From assembly GCA_027452265.1 (NCBI GenBank), contig DAIDGR010000080.1, forward strand, positions 2,021 to 66,020: a stretch of 64,000 nt of DNA, given 5' to 3'. The stretch is from Caulobacteraceae bacterium (lineage in GTDB: Bacteria > Pseudomonadota > Alphaproteobacteria > Caulobacterales > Caulobacteraceae). Shown in pieces: positions 42,609 through 53,127 of the stretch (its first letter is position 1; the number at the start of each line of letters is the position of its first letter). A model generated the notes under the pieces. That model saw nothing but the letters and a program-made list of their open reading frames with translations, was not told the DNA's origin and ran no database searches. The position numbers were made by a program, and so were the translations under genes.

Positions 42609-43582
42609 CCGCCCAGACGCTCCAGGCCCACCAGACGCTCCAGGCCGAGGCCCGCGCGGTGGGCGTCGAGCTTGCGCACATATTCCAGCGGGTCCTTGGG
42701 TCGCACCAGAGAGCCCGGCGGAGTCGATCCCCAGTCGTTGAGCCGGGTCAGGAAGAAACGCATGGCCGCCCCCCGGCTGAGGACGGGAAGGGCCTCGCGC
42801 TCGGCCGGGCTCAAGGGGCGGCGGCTCTGATAGCCGGCGAGCAGGGCCCGGGCGCGGGCGGGATCGAAGGCGCCGCTTGGCGAAAAGGCCCAGGCGTTCA
42901 ACGCCACGGCGAGGTCATAGGCGCGCATGTCGCGGGCGGCGAAATAGAAGTCGATGGCGCCGGCGAAGCGACCGTCGACGAAGAAGACATTATCGGGAAA
43001 ATAGTCGGCATGGACGATCCCCTCGGGCAGGCCGTCCGGCCACCCCGCCTCGATCTCGCTCAGGTCCCGCGCCACGGTCCGGGCGAGGCCCGGCGCAAGG
43101 GCCTCCGCCGCGTCGGCCAGCGGGGCGAAGAGCGGCGCCCAGGACGTCTGTCCCAGGGCGTTGGCGCGGCGTCCGGGAAAGCCCTCGGCGGCGTCGTGCA
43201 GCCAGGCCAGACCGAAGCCGGCCTCCTGGCACTGGCCCCGCGTTGGGGTCTTCACCGACAGGCCCGGAAGAAACGCGGCGATAGCGGCGGGCCGGCCTTC
43301 CAGCTCTCCCAGCAGGGCCCCGTCGCGGTCGGCCACCGGCGCGGCGCTGGGAAAGCCGTGATCCGCCAGCCAGGCCATCAGGGCCAGGAAGAAGGGCAGG
43401 TCGTCCGCCTTCACGCGGCGCTCATAGAGGGTCAGGATGAAGCGCCCAGCTTCGGTCTCCAGCAGGAAGTTGGAGTTCTCCACGCCCTCGGCAATGCCCT
43501 TGAAGCTGAGCGCCCGCCCCAGCGGATAGCGGGTGAGAAAGACCTCCAGGGCCTCGGCGCTGACATCGGTATAGACGGCCAC
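42605..43582 (-). CDS. thrB: Homoserine kinase type II; start reassigned to GTG at 43582 (MAVYTD...)
   Basis: [55 protein letters not shown]. Confidence 0.93.
   Translation of the reverse strand: MAVYTDVSAEALEVFLTRYPLGRALSFKGIAEGVENSNFLLETEAGRFILTLYERRVKADDLPFFLALMAWLADHGFPSAAPVADRDGALLGELEGRPAAIAAFLPGLSVKTPTRGQCQEAGFGLAWLHDAAEGFPGRRANALGQTSWAPLFAPLADAAEALAPGLARTVARDLSEIEAGWPDGLPEGIVHADYFPDNVFFVDGRFAGAIDFYFAARDMRAYDLAVALNAWAFSPSGAFDPARARALLAGYQSRRPLSPAEREALPVLSRGAAMRFFLTRLNDWGSTPPGSLVRPKDPLEYVRKLDAHRAGLGLERLVGLERLGG
42613..42646 (+). repeat. 16-bp direct repeat with an 18-bp period at the thrB 3' end
   Basis: CCAGACGCTCCAGGCC at 42613 and 42631; encodes GLERL(V)GLERL(G). Confidence 0.8.
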
Positions 43583-43833
43583 GGGGCCGGTGATCCGCGA
43601 GTGCGGGCGAGGCGTCAAGGGCGGGGATGGCGTCGCACGGCGTCAGGTCGGGGGGGCTGGGTCGCACATTCGCGGTTCGCATCCGCCCCGCCGCGCGTTG
43701 CGGCCTTGGCGATCAGCCTCTATCAGGGGGGCGGACATCCCGACCCGCCGCCGATTTGGCGCATTGTCAGGCGAAGGATGGACGCTTGACCTCCCCTGAC
43801 GAGAGACGCTTCGTGAAGGCCCCACATCCGCCC

Positions 43834-44505
43834 ATGCGCCGCCGCCTCCCGCTTCTCGCCATCCTGGCCCTGTTCGCCGTGTCGAGCCTCGCCGCCCAGG
43901 CGGCCTACGCCCAGATGGGCGGCGGCGGAGGCGGGTCGAGCGATGACGAAGAGAAGAAAAAGAAGCTGGAGGAGGCGTTCGGCGGCCTCAACGCGCCCTT
44001 GCCCAAGGTGCGCAACGCCGGACCGTGCCCGTTCGTGAAGTCGCTCTATGACGCCGCGCGCTATGTCGAGTTCAAGGGAAAGACCGAGTCGTTCGAGACC
44101 GTCGGCTTCACCGGCGAGATCCAGAACATCGACTCCGACTGCGCCTATGCGGCTGACCAGCCGATCCAGGTCAAGGCCAAAATCCACTTCGCGTTTGGTC
44201 GCGGACCGCAGGCGGACGGGCGTCGCCACGTCTATCAGTACTGGGTCGCCGTCACCGACCGGAACCACGCCGTCCTCGCCAAGCAGGAATTCACCGTGCC
44301 GGTGGAGTTTCCGGCTGGCGCCGACCGCGTCGATAAGACCGAATCGGTCGCCAACATCGTCATCCCCAGGGCCAATGCCCGGGTCAGCGGCTCGAACTTC
44401 GAAGTTCTGGTCGGATTTGACGTGACGCCGGACATGGCCGCCTTCAACCGCGCCGGCAAGCGCTTCCGGCCCGAGGCGGGCGCCGGAGACCCCGGCAAGT
44501 CATGA
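43834..44505 (+). CDS. Exported hypothetical protein
   Basis: Signal peptide [26 protein letters not shown]; beta-rich mature part with two cysteines (GPCP, DCAY); ATGA overlap with argS. Confidence 0.75.
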   Translation: MRRRLPLLAILALFAVSSLAAQAAYAQMGGGGGGSSDDEEKKKKLEEAFGGLNAPLPKVRNAGPCPFVKSLYDAARYVEFKGKTESFETVGFTGEIQNIDSDCAYAADQPIQVKAKIHFAFGRGPQADGRRHVYQYWVAVTDRNHAVLAKQEFTVPVEFPAGADRVDKTESVANIVIPRANARVSGSNFEVLVGFDVTPDMAAFNRAGKRFRPEAGAGDPGKS

Positions 44506-46298
44506 GCGACCTGAAGTCGGCGCTGTCCCAGGCCGCCGCGGCGGCCTTCGCTGCGTTGGGGCTGGACCCGGCGCTGGGGCGGGTGACCCTCTCGGACCGG
44601 CCCGACCTGGCCGATTTCCAGTGCAACGGGGCCCTCGCCGCCGCCCGCGCCGCCAAGCGCAATCCGCGCGAGATCGCCGCCGAGGTCGCCGCCCATCTGG
44701 CCGACTCGGATCTGGTCTCCGCGGTGGAGATCGCCGGACCCGGCTTCATCAATCTCAAGGCGTCCGCGTCCGCGCTGTCGGACCGCGCCAATGTCCTGGC
44801 TGACGATCCGCGGACCGGGGCGCCGCGCCGGGCGGCGCCGCGCAAGGTGATGGTCGACTATGGCGGACCCAATGTCGCCAAGGAGATGCATGTCGGCCAC
44901 CTGCGGGCCTCGATCATCGGCGAGTCGGTCAAACGGCTGCACCGGTTCCTCGGCGATGAGACCCTCGGCGACGCCCATTTCGGCGACTGGGGCTTTCAGA
45001 TGGGCCTCCTCATCACCGCTTGCGCCGACGCCCACCCTGACATCGCCGCCGCGCTCGAGCGTCTCAACGCCCTGGCCGCCCCGCCCGAGGCGGACCTCGA
45101 GGCCGCGCGCGCCCTGTTCGCCGCCCGGGTCAGGCTCGAAGACCTCGACCGCCTGTATCCAGAGGCGGCCAGCCGGGCCAAGACGGATACGGACTATCGC
45201 GACCGGGCCCGGCGCGAGACCGCCGCCCTACAGGCCGGGGCGGCCGGCGACCGGCTGATCTGGCGCCATTTCGCCGATCTCACCCGCACCGCGCTCGAGC
45301 GCGACTTCTCCGCCCTCGGCATCGTCTTCGATCTCTGGCGCGGAGAAAGCGACGTCAACGACCTGATCAGCCCCATGGTCGAGGCGCTGAAGGCCAAGGG
45401 CCTGGCGGTGGAGGACCAGGGCGCCCTGATCGTTCGGGTGGCGCGCAACGACGACAAGCGCGACCTGCCGCCCCTGATCGTGGTCTCCTCCGAGGGCTCG
45501 GCCATGTACGGCACCACCGATCTGGCCACCGTGCTCGACCGGCGCCAGAGGTTCGATCCCGACCTCGTGATCTACGTCGTGGACCAGCGCCAGAGCGACC
45601 ATTTCGAGCAGGTCTTCCGCGCCGCCGAGTTGGCCGGATACGCCCCGCGCGGATCGCTCGTCCATGTGGGATTCGGCACCATGAACGGCGCCGATGGCAA
45701 GCCGTTCAAAACCCGCGAGGGCGGGGTGCTGAAGCTGCGCGACCTGATCGATATGGGCCTTGGCAAGGCGCGAGAGCGGCTGATCGAGGCGGGTCTGGGG
45801 GCGGAGCTCGACCCTGAGGCCTTTGAGGCCACCGCCCTGAAGGTTGCCACCGCGGCGATCAAGTTCGCCGACCTGGCCAATTTCCGGGGCACCTCCTACG
45901 TCTTCGACCTCGACCGCTTTTCCAGTTTCGAGGGCAAGACCGGGCCCTACCTGCTGTACCAGGCCGTGCGAATCAAATCGCTCCTGCGCCGGGCCGCTGA
46001 AGAGGGGGTCTCGCCCGGCCCGATCGCCGTCGCCGCCCCGGCCGAGCGCGAACTGGTGATCCTGCTCGATGATTTTCCCACCGCCCTGGACGAGGCCTAC
46101 GCCAAGAGCGCCCCCAACGCCGTCGCCGATCACGCCTATCGCCTGGCCCAGAGCTTTGCCCGCTTCTACGCCGCCTGCCCGGTGCTTTCCGCCCCGCCGC
46201 AGGAGCGCGCCTCGCGCCTGGCCCTGGCGGGGCTGACCCTGCGCCAGCTAGAAATCGCCCTGGACCTCCTCGGCCTGGAGGCGCCGGAGCGAATGTGA
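44502..46298 (+). CDS. argS: Arginine--tRNA ligase
   Basis: [28 protein letters not shown] (HIGH), [29 protein letters not shown] domain. Confidence 0.97.
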   Translation: MSDLKSALSQAAAAAFAALGLDPALGRVTLSDRPDLADFQCNGALAAARAAKRNPREIAAEVAAHLADSDLVSAVEIAGPGFINLKASASALSDRANVLADDPRTGAPRRAAPRKVMVDYGGPNVAKEMHVGHLRASIIGESVKRLHRFLGDETLGDAHFGDWGFQMGLLITACADAHPDIAAALERLNALAAPPEADLEAARALFAARVRLEDLDRLYPEAASRAKTDTDYRDRARRETAALQAGAAGDRLIWRHFADLTRTALERDFSALGIVFDLWRGESDVNDLISPMVEALKAKGLAVEDQGALIVRVARNDDKRDLPPLIVVSSEGSAMYGTTDLATVLDRRQRFDPDLVIYVVDQRQSDHFEQVFRAAELAGYAPRGSLVHVGFGTMNGADGKPFKTREGGVLKLRDLIDMGLGKARERLIEAGLGAELDPEAFEATALKVATAAIKFADLANFRGTSYVFDLDRFSSFEGKTGPYLLYQAVRIKSLLRRAAEEGVSPGPIAVAAPAERELVILLDDFPTALDEAYAKSAPNAVADHAYRLAQSFARFYAACPVLSAPPQERASRLALAGLTLRQLEIALDLLGLEAPERM

Positions 46299-46400
46299 GG
46301 CGGAGCGCCGCCTCGGCCTCGACCATCTGCCGACCGCCCGCCGCCCCGATGCCCGCACCGCGTCTTGACTCCGTTCGCCAACTCCCCCACTGCCCTCGAT

Positions 46401-46604
46401 GTTCTTGCGGGAGAGTCCGGCGTCTCGCCGGCGCCGAAGGCGCAACCGCCCCGGAAACGCTCAGGCAAAAGGACCGCGAGAACAGGTCGAACGCTGGAAA
46501 GAGACAGGCGCCGCGCCTTCGCGTGAAGGGGCTGGGGCCTTCCTCGCCGACGGAGCAAGGGCGCCTGGCTGGGCCCCGGAATCTCTCAGGCTCAAGGGAC
46601 AGCG
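46401..46604 (+). ncRNA. Tandem glycine riboswitch upstream of gcvT
   Basis: Aptamer 1: P1 GTTCTTGCGG/CCGCGAGAAC, GGAGAG, CGCCGAAGGCGCAA, CTCAGGCAAAAGGAC. Aptamer 2: CGCTGGAAAGAG, GCCGACGGAGCAA, TCTCTCAGGC...GGGACAGCG. Confidence 0.95.
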
Positions 46605-46668
46605 GGGGCGCGAATGGGACGGGCCGCGAGCCTCGCGGTTCTGTGTCCTTGCGTTCCTGGAGAGCCCC

Positions 46669-47847
46669 GTGGCCGACGCTGAGACCCTTCTGGCGACCCC
46701 CCTGCACAGCGCTCATGTGGCGCGCGGCGCCCGCATGACCGCCTTCGCCGGCTACGACATGCCGGTGAGCTATCCACTTGGCGTGCTCAAGGAGCATCTC
46801 TGGACCCGCGCCCACGCCGGCCTGTTCGATGTCTCGCACATGGGTCCGGCCTTTCTTCGCCTCACCGCTCCAAGCGGTGACCCGGCCGCCGATCACGCCG
46901 CCATCAGCGCCCTCATCGAGCCCCTGGTCAGCGGCGATATCGCCGGCCTCGCGCCCGGCAAGCTGCGCTACACCCTGCTGCTCAACGAGACCGGCGGCAT
47001 CCTGGATGACCTGATGATCGGCCGGCCCTCCGCCCCCGGGCGCCAGGGCGAGCTTTATCTGGTGGTCAACGCGGCCAACAAAGGCGCCGACTTCGCCCTG
47101 ATCGCGGCCGCGGTCGGGGACGCGGCGCAACTCGTCCGGGCCGACGATCGCGCCCTGATCGCCCTGCAGGGCCCCGAGGCGGCGGCGGTGCTCTCCACCC
47201 TGGCGCCCGGCGTCGAGCGCCTCGCCTTCATGAGCTTCGACGCCTATGAGCTGATGGGGCACGAGGCCCTGATCGCGCGCAGCGGCTATACCGGCGAGGA
47301 CGGTTTCGAGATGCTGATCTCCGCCGAGGGCGCCGTGAAGCTGTGGGCCGCCCTGCTGGCCGATGAACGGGTCGAGGCGATCGGCCTGGGCGCGCGCGAC
47401 TCCCTGCGCCTGGAGGCGGGTCTGCCCCTCCACGGCCACGATATCGATCCCACCACCTCGCCCTTCGAGGGCGCCCTGGGCTTTGCCGTCTCCAAGAAGC
47501 GCCTCAAGGCCGGTCGTCTCGCCGCCGCCGCCCGCCTGGCCGCGGAGGCGGGCGGAGCGCTGAGCCGGGTTCGGGCGGGGATCCGGGTTCTGGAGGGCGC
47601 CCCGGCGCGCGAAGGGGCCGAGATTGTCGCCCCGGACGGCGAGGTCCTGGGCCTGGTGACCAGCGGCGGCTTCTCGCCCAGCCTCTCGGCGCCCATCGCC
47701 ATGGCCTATCTGCCGCCGGCCCAGGCCGTCCCTGGAACGCGCCTTGGCGTGCGCGTGCGCGGCCGGGTCCAGATGGCCGAGGTGGCGGCCCTGCCTTTCG
47801 TCCCGCAACGCTATTTCCGGCCGAGCGCCGGCCCAATGGAGGTCTGA
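46669..47847 (+). CDS. gcvT: Glycine cleavage system aminomethyltransferase T; start GTG at 46669
   Basis: [58 protein letters not shown]. Confidence 0.97.
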   Translation: MADAETLLATPLHSAHVARGARMTAFAGYDMPVSYPLGVLKEHLWTRAHAGLFDVSHMGPAFLRLTAPSGDPAADHAAISALIEPLVSGDIAGLAPGKLRYTLLLNETGGILDDLMIGRPSAPGRQGELYLVVNAANKGADFALIAAAVGDAAQLVRADDRALIALQGPEAAAVLSTLAPGVERLAFMSFDAYELMGHEALIARSGYTGEDGFEMLISAEGAVKLWAALLADERVEAIGLGARDSLRLEAGLPLHGHDIDPTTSPFEGALGFAVSKKRLKAGRLAAAARLAAEAGGALSRVRAGIRVLEGAPAREGAEIVAPDGEVLGLVTSGGFSPSLSAPIAMAYLPPAQAVPGTRLGVRVRGRVQMAEVAALPFVPQRYFRPSAGPMEV

Positions 47848-47850
47848 CCC

Positions 47851-48216
47851 ATGCGCTTCACCAAGGATCACGAGTGGGTGGAGGTCGAAGGCGACGTCGC
47901 CACGGTGGGCGTCACCGCCTACGCCGCCGAGCAGCTGGGCGATGTGGTGTTCGTCGAACTTCCTGCCGCCGGCGCGGCGCTCAAGGCCGGAGCCGAGATG
48001 GCCGTTGTGGAGAGCGTCAAGGCCGCCTCCGACGTCTATGCCCCGCTGTCGGGCGAGGTCACCGGGGTCAATGGCGACATCGCCGACAACCCCCAGACCC
48101 TGAACGACGCGCCGGAAGGTTCGGGCTGGCTGGTCAAGATCAGGCTCGCCGACCCGGCCGAGCTCGACGCCCTGATGGATCGGTCCGCCTACGAAGCCTA
48201 TCTGCGGAGCCTCTGA
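47851..48216 (+). CDS. gcvH: Glycine cleavage system H protein
   Basis: [31 protein letters not shown] (lipoyl lysine). Confidence 0.97.
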   Translation: MRFTKDHEWVEVEGDVATVGVTAYAAEQLGDVVFVELPAAGAALKAGAEMAVVESVKAASDVYAPLSGEVTGVNGDIADNPQTLNDAPEGSGWLVKIRLADPAELDALMDRSAYEAYLRSL

Positions 48217-48221
48217 CGCCC

Positions 48222-49577
48222 ATGCGCTACCTGCCGCTCGCCCAGTCCGATCGTGAGGACATGCTGGCCCTCGCCGGCGCCTCTGTGATCGATGACCTGT
48301 TCGTCGACGTGCCCGCCGCCGCGCGCCTCGAGGGGCTGGTGGACCTGCCCCGGCAAAAGAGCGAGCAGGCGGTGGAGCGGGCCCTGGGCGCCATGGCGGC
48401 GCGGAACCGGCCGGCCGGTGCGGGGCCCTTTTTCCTCGGCGCCGGGGCCTATCGCCACCATGTCCCGGCGACCGTCGATCACCTGATCCAGCGGTCGGAA
48501 TATCTCACCAGCTACACCCCCTATCAGCCGGAGATCGCGCAGGGCTCGCTCCAGGCCCTGTTCGAGTTCCAGACCCAGGTGGCTGAACTGCTGGGCCTGC
48601 CGGTGGCCAACGCCTCCATGTATGACGGCTCGACCGCCTGCGCCGAAGCGGTGATGATGGCCGCGCGGGTGACGCGCCGGCGCAAGGCGGTCCTTTCAGG
48701 CGGACTGCATCCGCACTACGCCGCCAGCGCCGAAACCCTGGCGCGTGCGGCCGGCGTGGTCGTCGAGGCCCTGGCGCCCGCGCTCGACGATGAGGCCGCC
48801 CTGATCGGCGCCATCGACGCCGACACCGCCTGCGTGGTCGTGCAGACGCCCAATGTCTTCGGCCTCGCCCTGGATGTCTCGCGCATCGCCGAGGCCGCCC
48901 ACGCCGCGGGGGCCCTCCTGGTCGTGGCGACCACCGAAGTGGTCAGTCTGGGTCTCCTCAAATCGCCGGGTGAGATGGGCGCCGACATCGCCGTGGCCGA
49001 GGGCCAGTCGATCGGCAATCCGCTGAACTTCGGCGGCCCCTATGTGGGCCTGTTCGCCTGTCGTGAGGCCCTGGTGCGGCAGATGCCGGGGCGGTTGTGC
49101 GGCGAGACGGTCGACGCCGAAGGCCGGCGCGGGTTCGTCCTCACCCTCTCCACGCGCGAGCAGCATATCCGCCGCGACAAGGCGACCTCGAACATCTGCA
49201 CCAATGCCGGGCTCTGCGCCCTGGCCTTCACCATCCATATGACCCTGCTTGGCGGGTCGGGCTTCGTCACCCTGGCGCGGCTCAACCATGCCCGGGCCAA
49301 GGCGGCGCGCGCGGCGGTCGCCGCCGTGCCGGGGGTCGAGGTCCTCACGCCCCGCATGTTCAATGAATTCGCGGTGCGCCTGCCGCGCCCGGCGGCGGCG
49401 GTGGTCGAGGCCCTGGCCGCACGCGACATCCTGGCCGGCGTGCCGTTTTCGCGGCTCGCCCCAGGGGCGGGCTTCGACGACGTGCTGCTGATCGCCGCCA
49501 CCGAACTGACCACGCACGAGGATATCGCCGCCCTGGCCCGCGGGCTGGGCGAGGTCCTGGCCGAGGAGACCTGCTGA
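48222..49577 (+). CDS. gcvPA: Glycine dehydrogenase subunit 1; start ATG at 48222
   Basis: [57 protein letters not shown]. Confidence 0.96.
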   Translation: MRYLPLAQSDREDMLALAGASVIDDLFVDVPAAARLEGLVDLPRQKSEQAVERALGAMAARNRPAGAGPFFLGAGAYRHHVPATVDHLIQRSEYLTSYTPYQPEIAQGSLQALFEFQTQVAELLGLPVANASMYDGSTACAEAVMMAARVTRRRKAVLSGGLHPHYAASAETLARAAGVVVEALAPALDDEAALIGAIDADTACVVVQTPNVFGLALDVSRIAEAAHAAGALLVVATTEVVSLGLLKSPGEMGADIAVAEGQSIGNPLNFGGPYVGLFACREALVRQMPGRLCGETVDAEGRRGFVLTLSTREQHIRRDKATSNICTNAGLCALAFTIHMTLLGGSGFVTLARLNHARAKAARAAVAAVPGVEVLTPRMFNEFAVRLPRPAAAVVEALAARDILAGVPFSRLAPGAGFDDVLLIAATELTTHEDIAALARGLGEVLAEETC

Positions 49578-51130
49578 TGAGCCTGCAGAATGTCGGCCGC
49601 GCCACGCGGTCGGAATATGAGGGTCCCGCGCTCGCGCCGGAGGGGCGCCTGGGCAAGGGCCTGTTGCAGGACGAGCCCCTGATCTTCGAGCGTGGCCGCT
49701 TCGATATGACCGGGGTGGACTTCGATCTCGAGGGCGAGACCCTGGACGAGAGCGATCTTGCCGGCCTGACCCGAGCGAGCCCGCCGGCCCTGCCCGGACT
49801 GTCCGAGCCGGAGACCGTGCGCCACTATGTTCGTCTGTCGCAGCGCAACCACGCCATCGACCTGGCGCTCTATCCGCTCGGCTCCTGCACCATGAAGCAC
49901 AATCCGCGCCTGAACGAGCGTATGGCGCGGCTGGCTGGCTTCGCCGACCTTCACCCCTTGCAGCCGATCTCCACCGTGCAGGGCGCGCTGCAGGTGATGG
50001 ACGAACTGGCCCACTGGTTGAAGACCCTCACGGGCATGCCCGCCGTGGCCCTTTCGCCCAAGGCCGGCGCCCATGGCGAGCTGTGCGGCCTTCTTGCGAT
50101 CCGTGCGGCGCTGGTGGCGCGGGGCGACGCGCGCACCACCGTTCTCACCCCCAGCTCCGCCCACGGGACCAATCCCGCCACCGCGGCCCTGGCCGGCTAT
50201 CAGGTGCAGGAGATCGCCCAGACGGCGGACGGGCGGGTCGACCTCGGCGACCTCGCGGCCAAGCTGGGCCCGCACGTCGCCGCGATCATGGTGACCAATC
50301 CCAACACCTGCGGCCTGTTCGAGCGGGATATTCTGGAGATCGCCCGCCTGACCCACGCGGCCGGGGCGTTCTTCTATGGCGACGGGGCCAATTTCAACGC
50401 CCTGGTGGGCCGGGTGCGACCGGCCGATCTGGGCGTCGACGCCATGCATATCAACCTGCACAAGACCTTCTCCACCCCTCATGGCGGAGGTGGGCCGGGC
50501 GCGGGACCGGTGGTGCTGAGCGCCGAACTGGCGCCCTTCGCCCCCACCCCCTTCGTGGTCCATGGGCCGAACGGGCTTGAGCTTGTGGAAGAGACCCACG
50601 GCGAGGCCGCCCAGACCCTGGGCCGCCTGTGCGCCTTCCACGGACAGATGGGCATGTATGTCCGGGCCCTGGCCTACATGATGAGCCATGGCGCCGACGG
50701 TCTCCGTCAGGTGGCTGAGGACGCGGTGCTCAACGCCAACTACATCAAGGCCCGCCTCAGCGGGGTCATGAGCGCGCCCTTCGCCGAAGGCCCCTGCATG
50801 CACGAAGCTCTGTTCGACGAGACCTGGCTGGAGGGAACGGGCGTCACCACGCTCGACTTCGCCAAGGCGATGATCGACGCGGGTTTTCACCCCATGACCA
50901 TGTATTTCCCCCTGGTGGTGAAGGGGGCCATGCTGATCGAGCCCACGGAGACGGAGTCCCGGCGCGAACTCGACCGCTTCTGCGATGCGCTGCTGGAGCT
51001 GGCGGCGGCCGCCAAGGCGGGCGACGTGGACCGCTTCAAGTCGGCGCCGCGCCATGCGCCTCTCGCCCGGCTCGACGAGACCCAGGCCGCGCGCAAGCCC
51101 CGCCTGAAATGGACCCCAGCCGAGACCTGA
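49577..51130 (+). CDS. gcvPB: Glycine dehydrogenase subunit 2
   Basis: YPLGSCTMKHNP, AGAHGE.CG, SAHGTNPA, HINLHKTFSTPHGGGGPG (PLP lysine), IEPTETES; TGATG overlap with gcvPA. Confidence 0.96.
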   Translation: MSLQNVGRATRSEYEGPALAPEGRLGKGLLQDEPLIFERGRFDMTGVDFDLEGETLDESDLAGLTRASPPALPGLSEPETVRHYVRLSQRNHAIDLALYPLGSCTMKHNPRLNERMARLAGFADLHPLQPISTVQGALQVMDELAHWLKTLTGMPAVALSPKAGAHGELCGLLAIRAALVARGDARTTVLTPSSAHGTNPATAALAGYQVQEIAQTADGRVDLGDLAAKLGPHVAAIMVTNPNTCGLFERDILEIARLTHAAGAFFYGDGANFNALVGRVRPADLGVDAMHINLHKTFSTPHGGGGPGAGPVVLSAELAPFAPTPFVVHGPNGLELVEETHGEAAQTLGRLCAFHGQMGMYVRALAYMMSHGADGLRQVAEDAVLNANYIKARLSGVMSAPFAEGPCMHEALFDETWLEGTGVTTLDFAKAMIDAGFHPMTMYFPLVVKGAMLIEPTETESRRELDRFCDALLELAAAAKAGDVDRFKSAPRHAPLARLDETQAARKPRLKWTPAET

Positions 51131-51140
51131 ACCTCCCCGC

Positions 51141-51932
51141 TCAGCTTGCGTCCGTCACCGGCGTGTAGATCACCAGCTTGAGGTTCGGGTCGTCGCTGGC
51201 CTGAAAACTGGTGTGCTCAAACACAAGTTCGCCGCGGCGCGGGTGATGGAGGCGTTTGAGACCGGCTGTCGGCGCCCGGACCTCGTGCGGCTCCCACCAG
51301 GTTTCGAACTCTGGGCAGCCGGCGCGAAGCCGCGCCAGCAAGTCGACGAAGGCAGGGTCCGAAGCCCAAAGGTCGTGGGTGGCTCGGAACTGCTCCACCA
51401 TGCGCCGCGCCTCGGCCTCCCAACCCACGCCGAACAGCGCCCGGCTGTGGGGGTGAACGAGCATGGCGAGGAGAATATTGCGCTCCTCCGGCTCCAGGAG
51501 GTCAAATCCGAGGACCTCGGCGGCCTCGGCGTTCCAGGCCAGAAGATCACGGCGCCGCCCGACGATATAGGCGGGCTGGGTCAGGCTCTCGATCAGGCGC
51601 AGGAGCGCCGGCGGCGCGACCTCGGTCCGAAAGGCGCGCGGTCCTCCGCCGCCCGTCAGGGCGCGAAGATGCTGATGCTCGGCCTCGCTGAGGTGCAGGG
51701 CACGGGCCAGTGCGTCCACGGTGCCGGCGGATGGCGTGACCGGGCGGCCCTGTTCCAGGCGGATGTACCAATCGACGCCGATCCCCGCGAGCTCGGCCAC
51801 TTCCTCTCGCCGGAGGCCCGGCGTGCGACGCCGGCGATGGCGGGCGAGGCCCACGGTCTCGGGGCTCAGCCGTCCCCGCCGCGCGCGGAGAAAGTCGCCG
51901 AGTTCGCGACGTTTGGGATCATCGGCGGGCAT
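51141..51932 (-). CDS. XRE/MmyB-family transcriptional regulator (HTH plus MLTR ligand-binding domain)
   Basis: ELGDFLRARR, RRRTPGLRREEVAELAGI..DWY.RLEQGR, PAYI..RR.DLLAWN, H.RRGEL.FE. Confidence 0.92.
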   Translation of the reverse strand: MPADDPKRRELGDFLRARRGRLSPETVGLARHRRRRTPGLRREEVAELAGIGVDWYIRLEQGRPVTPSAGTVDALARALHLSEAEHQHLRALTGGGGPRAFRTEVAPPALLRLIESLTQPAYIVGRRRDLLAWNAEAAEVLGFDLLEPEERNILLAMLVHPHSRALFGVGWEAEARRMVEQFRATHDLWASDPAFVDLLARLRAGCPEFETWWEPHEVRAPTAGLKRLHHPRRGELVFEHTSFQASDDPNLKLVIYTPVTDAS

Positions 51933-51940
51933 GCGCAGGG

Positions 51941-51969
51941 GGTATCAGCAATCCTAGGATAATACCAGG
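51941..51969. promoter_or_regulatory. Palindromic candidate operator between the MmyB-type regulator and the divergent dehydrogenase
   Basis: Perfect palindrome ATCCTAGGAT (51951-51960), flanked by GGTAT (51941-51945) and ATACC (51962-51966). Confidence 0.45.
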
Positions 51970-52029
51970 CCTGAATAGGCGCCGTCCGGTGCGCTAGATT
52001 GAGGCGTCCGTTGATGATGGAGGCCTGAA

Positions 52030-53118
52030 ATGAAAGCCGCCGTTCTGAATGCGTTTGGGGCCCCGCTCGTCTTGAGCGATTTGCCTGACCCGGTGCTGGG
52101 CTCGGGCGAGGTGATTGTCGACATGCTGGCCGCCGGCGTGGCCAGCTATACGGCCGGGGTGCTCTCGGGCGCCCGCAACTATGTCCTGGAGCTGCCCATC
52201 GTCCCGGGGCCAGGCGGCATCGGCCGGGTGCGGGCCGCCGGCCCCGACGCCACGCGGCTGAAGGTCGGCGACCTCGTCTATTGTGACGCCACCATTCGCG
52301 CGCGCGACGCCGTCCATGCGCCTGACGCGATCCTCCTTGGCTGGACGGCCCGAACTCCCGCCGCCATGCCGCTGCATCGGGCCTACCACCACGGCTCCTT
52401 CGCCCAGCGGGTCCGGGTCCCGACCGAGAATGTCACGCCTCTCGGAGATCTCGATCCCGGCGAAATTGGCCGCTGGGCCGCGCTTGGTCGCTTGCTGGTT
52501 CCTTTCGGCGGGCTCCTGGCGGGCGAGCTGAAGGCGGGCGAGACCCTGGTGGTCAGCGGGGCGACCGGCGGATTTGGCGCGGCTGGGGTCATGGTCGCCC
52601 TGGCCATGGGCGCGGGACGCATCGTCGCCACCGGCCGCAACGCCGCGTCCCTGGCGGATCTGGCGCGCCGCCATGGCCCCCGCGTCATCCCCGCGGCCAT
52701 GACCGGGGACGAAGCCCGCGACCGGGCCCTGATCGCCGCCTGCGCCGCCGGGCCCGTGGACATGGTCCTCGACTTCCTGCCGCGCGAGGCGACCGCATCC
52801 CAGGTTCGCGCCGCCGCCATGACCGTGCGCGGCGGCGGCCGCGTCGTGCTGATGGGCGGGGTGCGCGGCGAGACCGGCGATCTGGCGCTGAACTACAACT
52901 GGCTCATGCACAACAACATCACTGTGCGCGGCCAGTGGATGTATGACCGTGAGGCGGTCCCGCGCCTCGTCCAGATGGTTCGCGCCGGGCTGATCGATCT
53001 GACGGGCTTCGACCTGGCCGAGTTCCCGCTCGATGCGGCCCAGGAGGCCGTGGACTTCGCCGCCGTTCACGCCGGCCCGCATCAGCTCACCGTGCTGCGA
53101 CCCGATCGGCTCGGCTAG
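52030..53118 (+). CDS. MDR-family alcohol dehydrogenase/quinone oxidoreductase-like protein
   Basis: MKAAVLNAFGAPL, LKVGD.V, VVSGATGGFG, VRGGGRVVLMG, ITVRGQWMY; GGAGG RBS. Confidence 0.85.
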   Translation: MKAAVLNAFGAPLVLSDLPDPVLGSGEVIVDMLAAGVASYTAGVLSGARNYVLELPIVPGPGGIGRVRAAGPDATRLKVGDLVYCDATIRARDAVHAPDAILLGWTARTPAAMPLHRAYHHGSFAQRVRVPTENVTPLGDLDPGEIGRWAALGRLLVPFGGLLAGELKAGETLVVSGATGGFGAAGVMVALAMGAGRIVATGRNAASLADLARRHGPRVIPAAMTGDEARDRALIAACAAGPVDMVLDFLPREATASQVRAAAMTVRGGGRVVLMGGVRGETGDLALNYNWLMHNNITVRGQWMYDREAVPRLVQMVRAGLIDLTGFDLAEFPLDAAQEAVDFAAVHAGPHQLTVLRPDRLG

Positions 53119-53127
53119 AGCCCGCGG

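Noticed and set aside
43643-43825. Small ORF containing MSAPLIEADRQGRNARRGGC, considered as an ispH remnant
   Set aside because: The resemblance to the IspH N-terminal PRGFC motif is too weak to separate from chance without an alignment.
47851-51130. Split gcvP (PA and PB) as a possible frameshift or pseudogene
   Set aside because: The two-subunit form is an established architecture. Both ORFs have proper termini and a TGATG junction.
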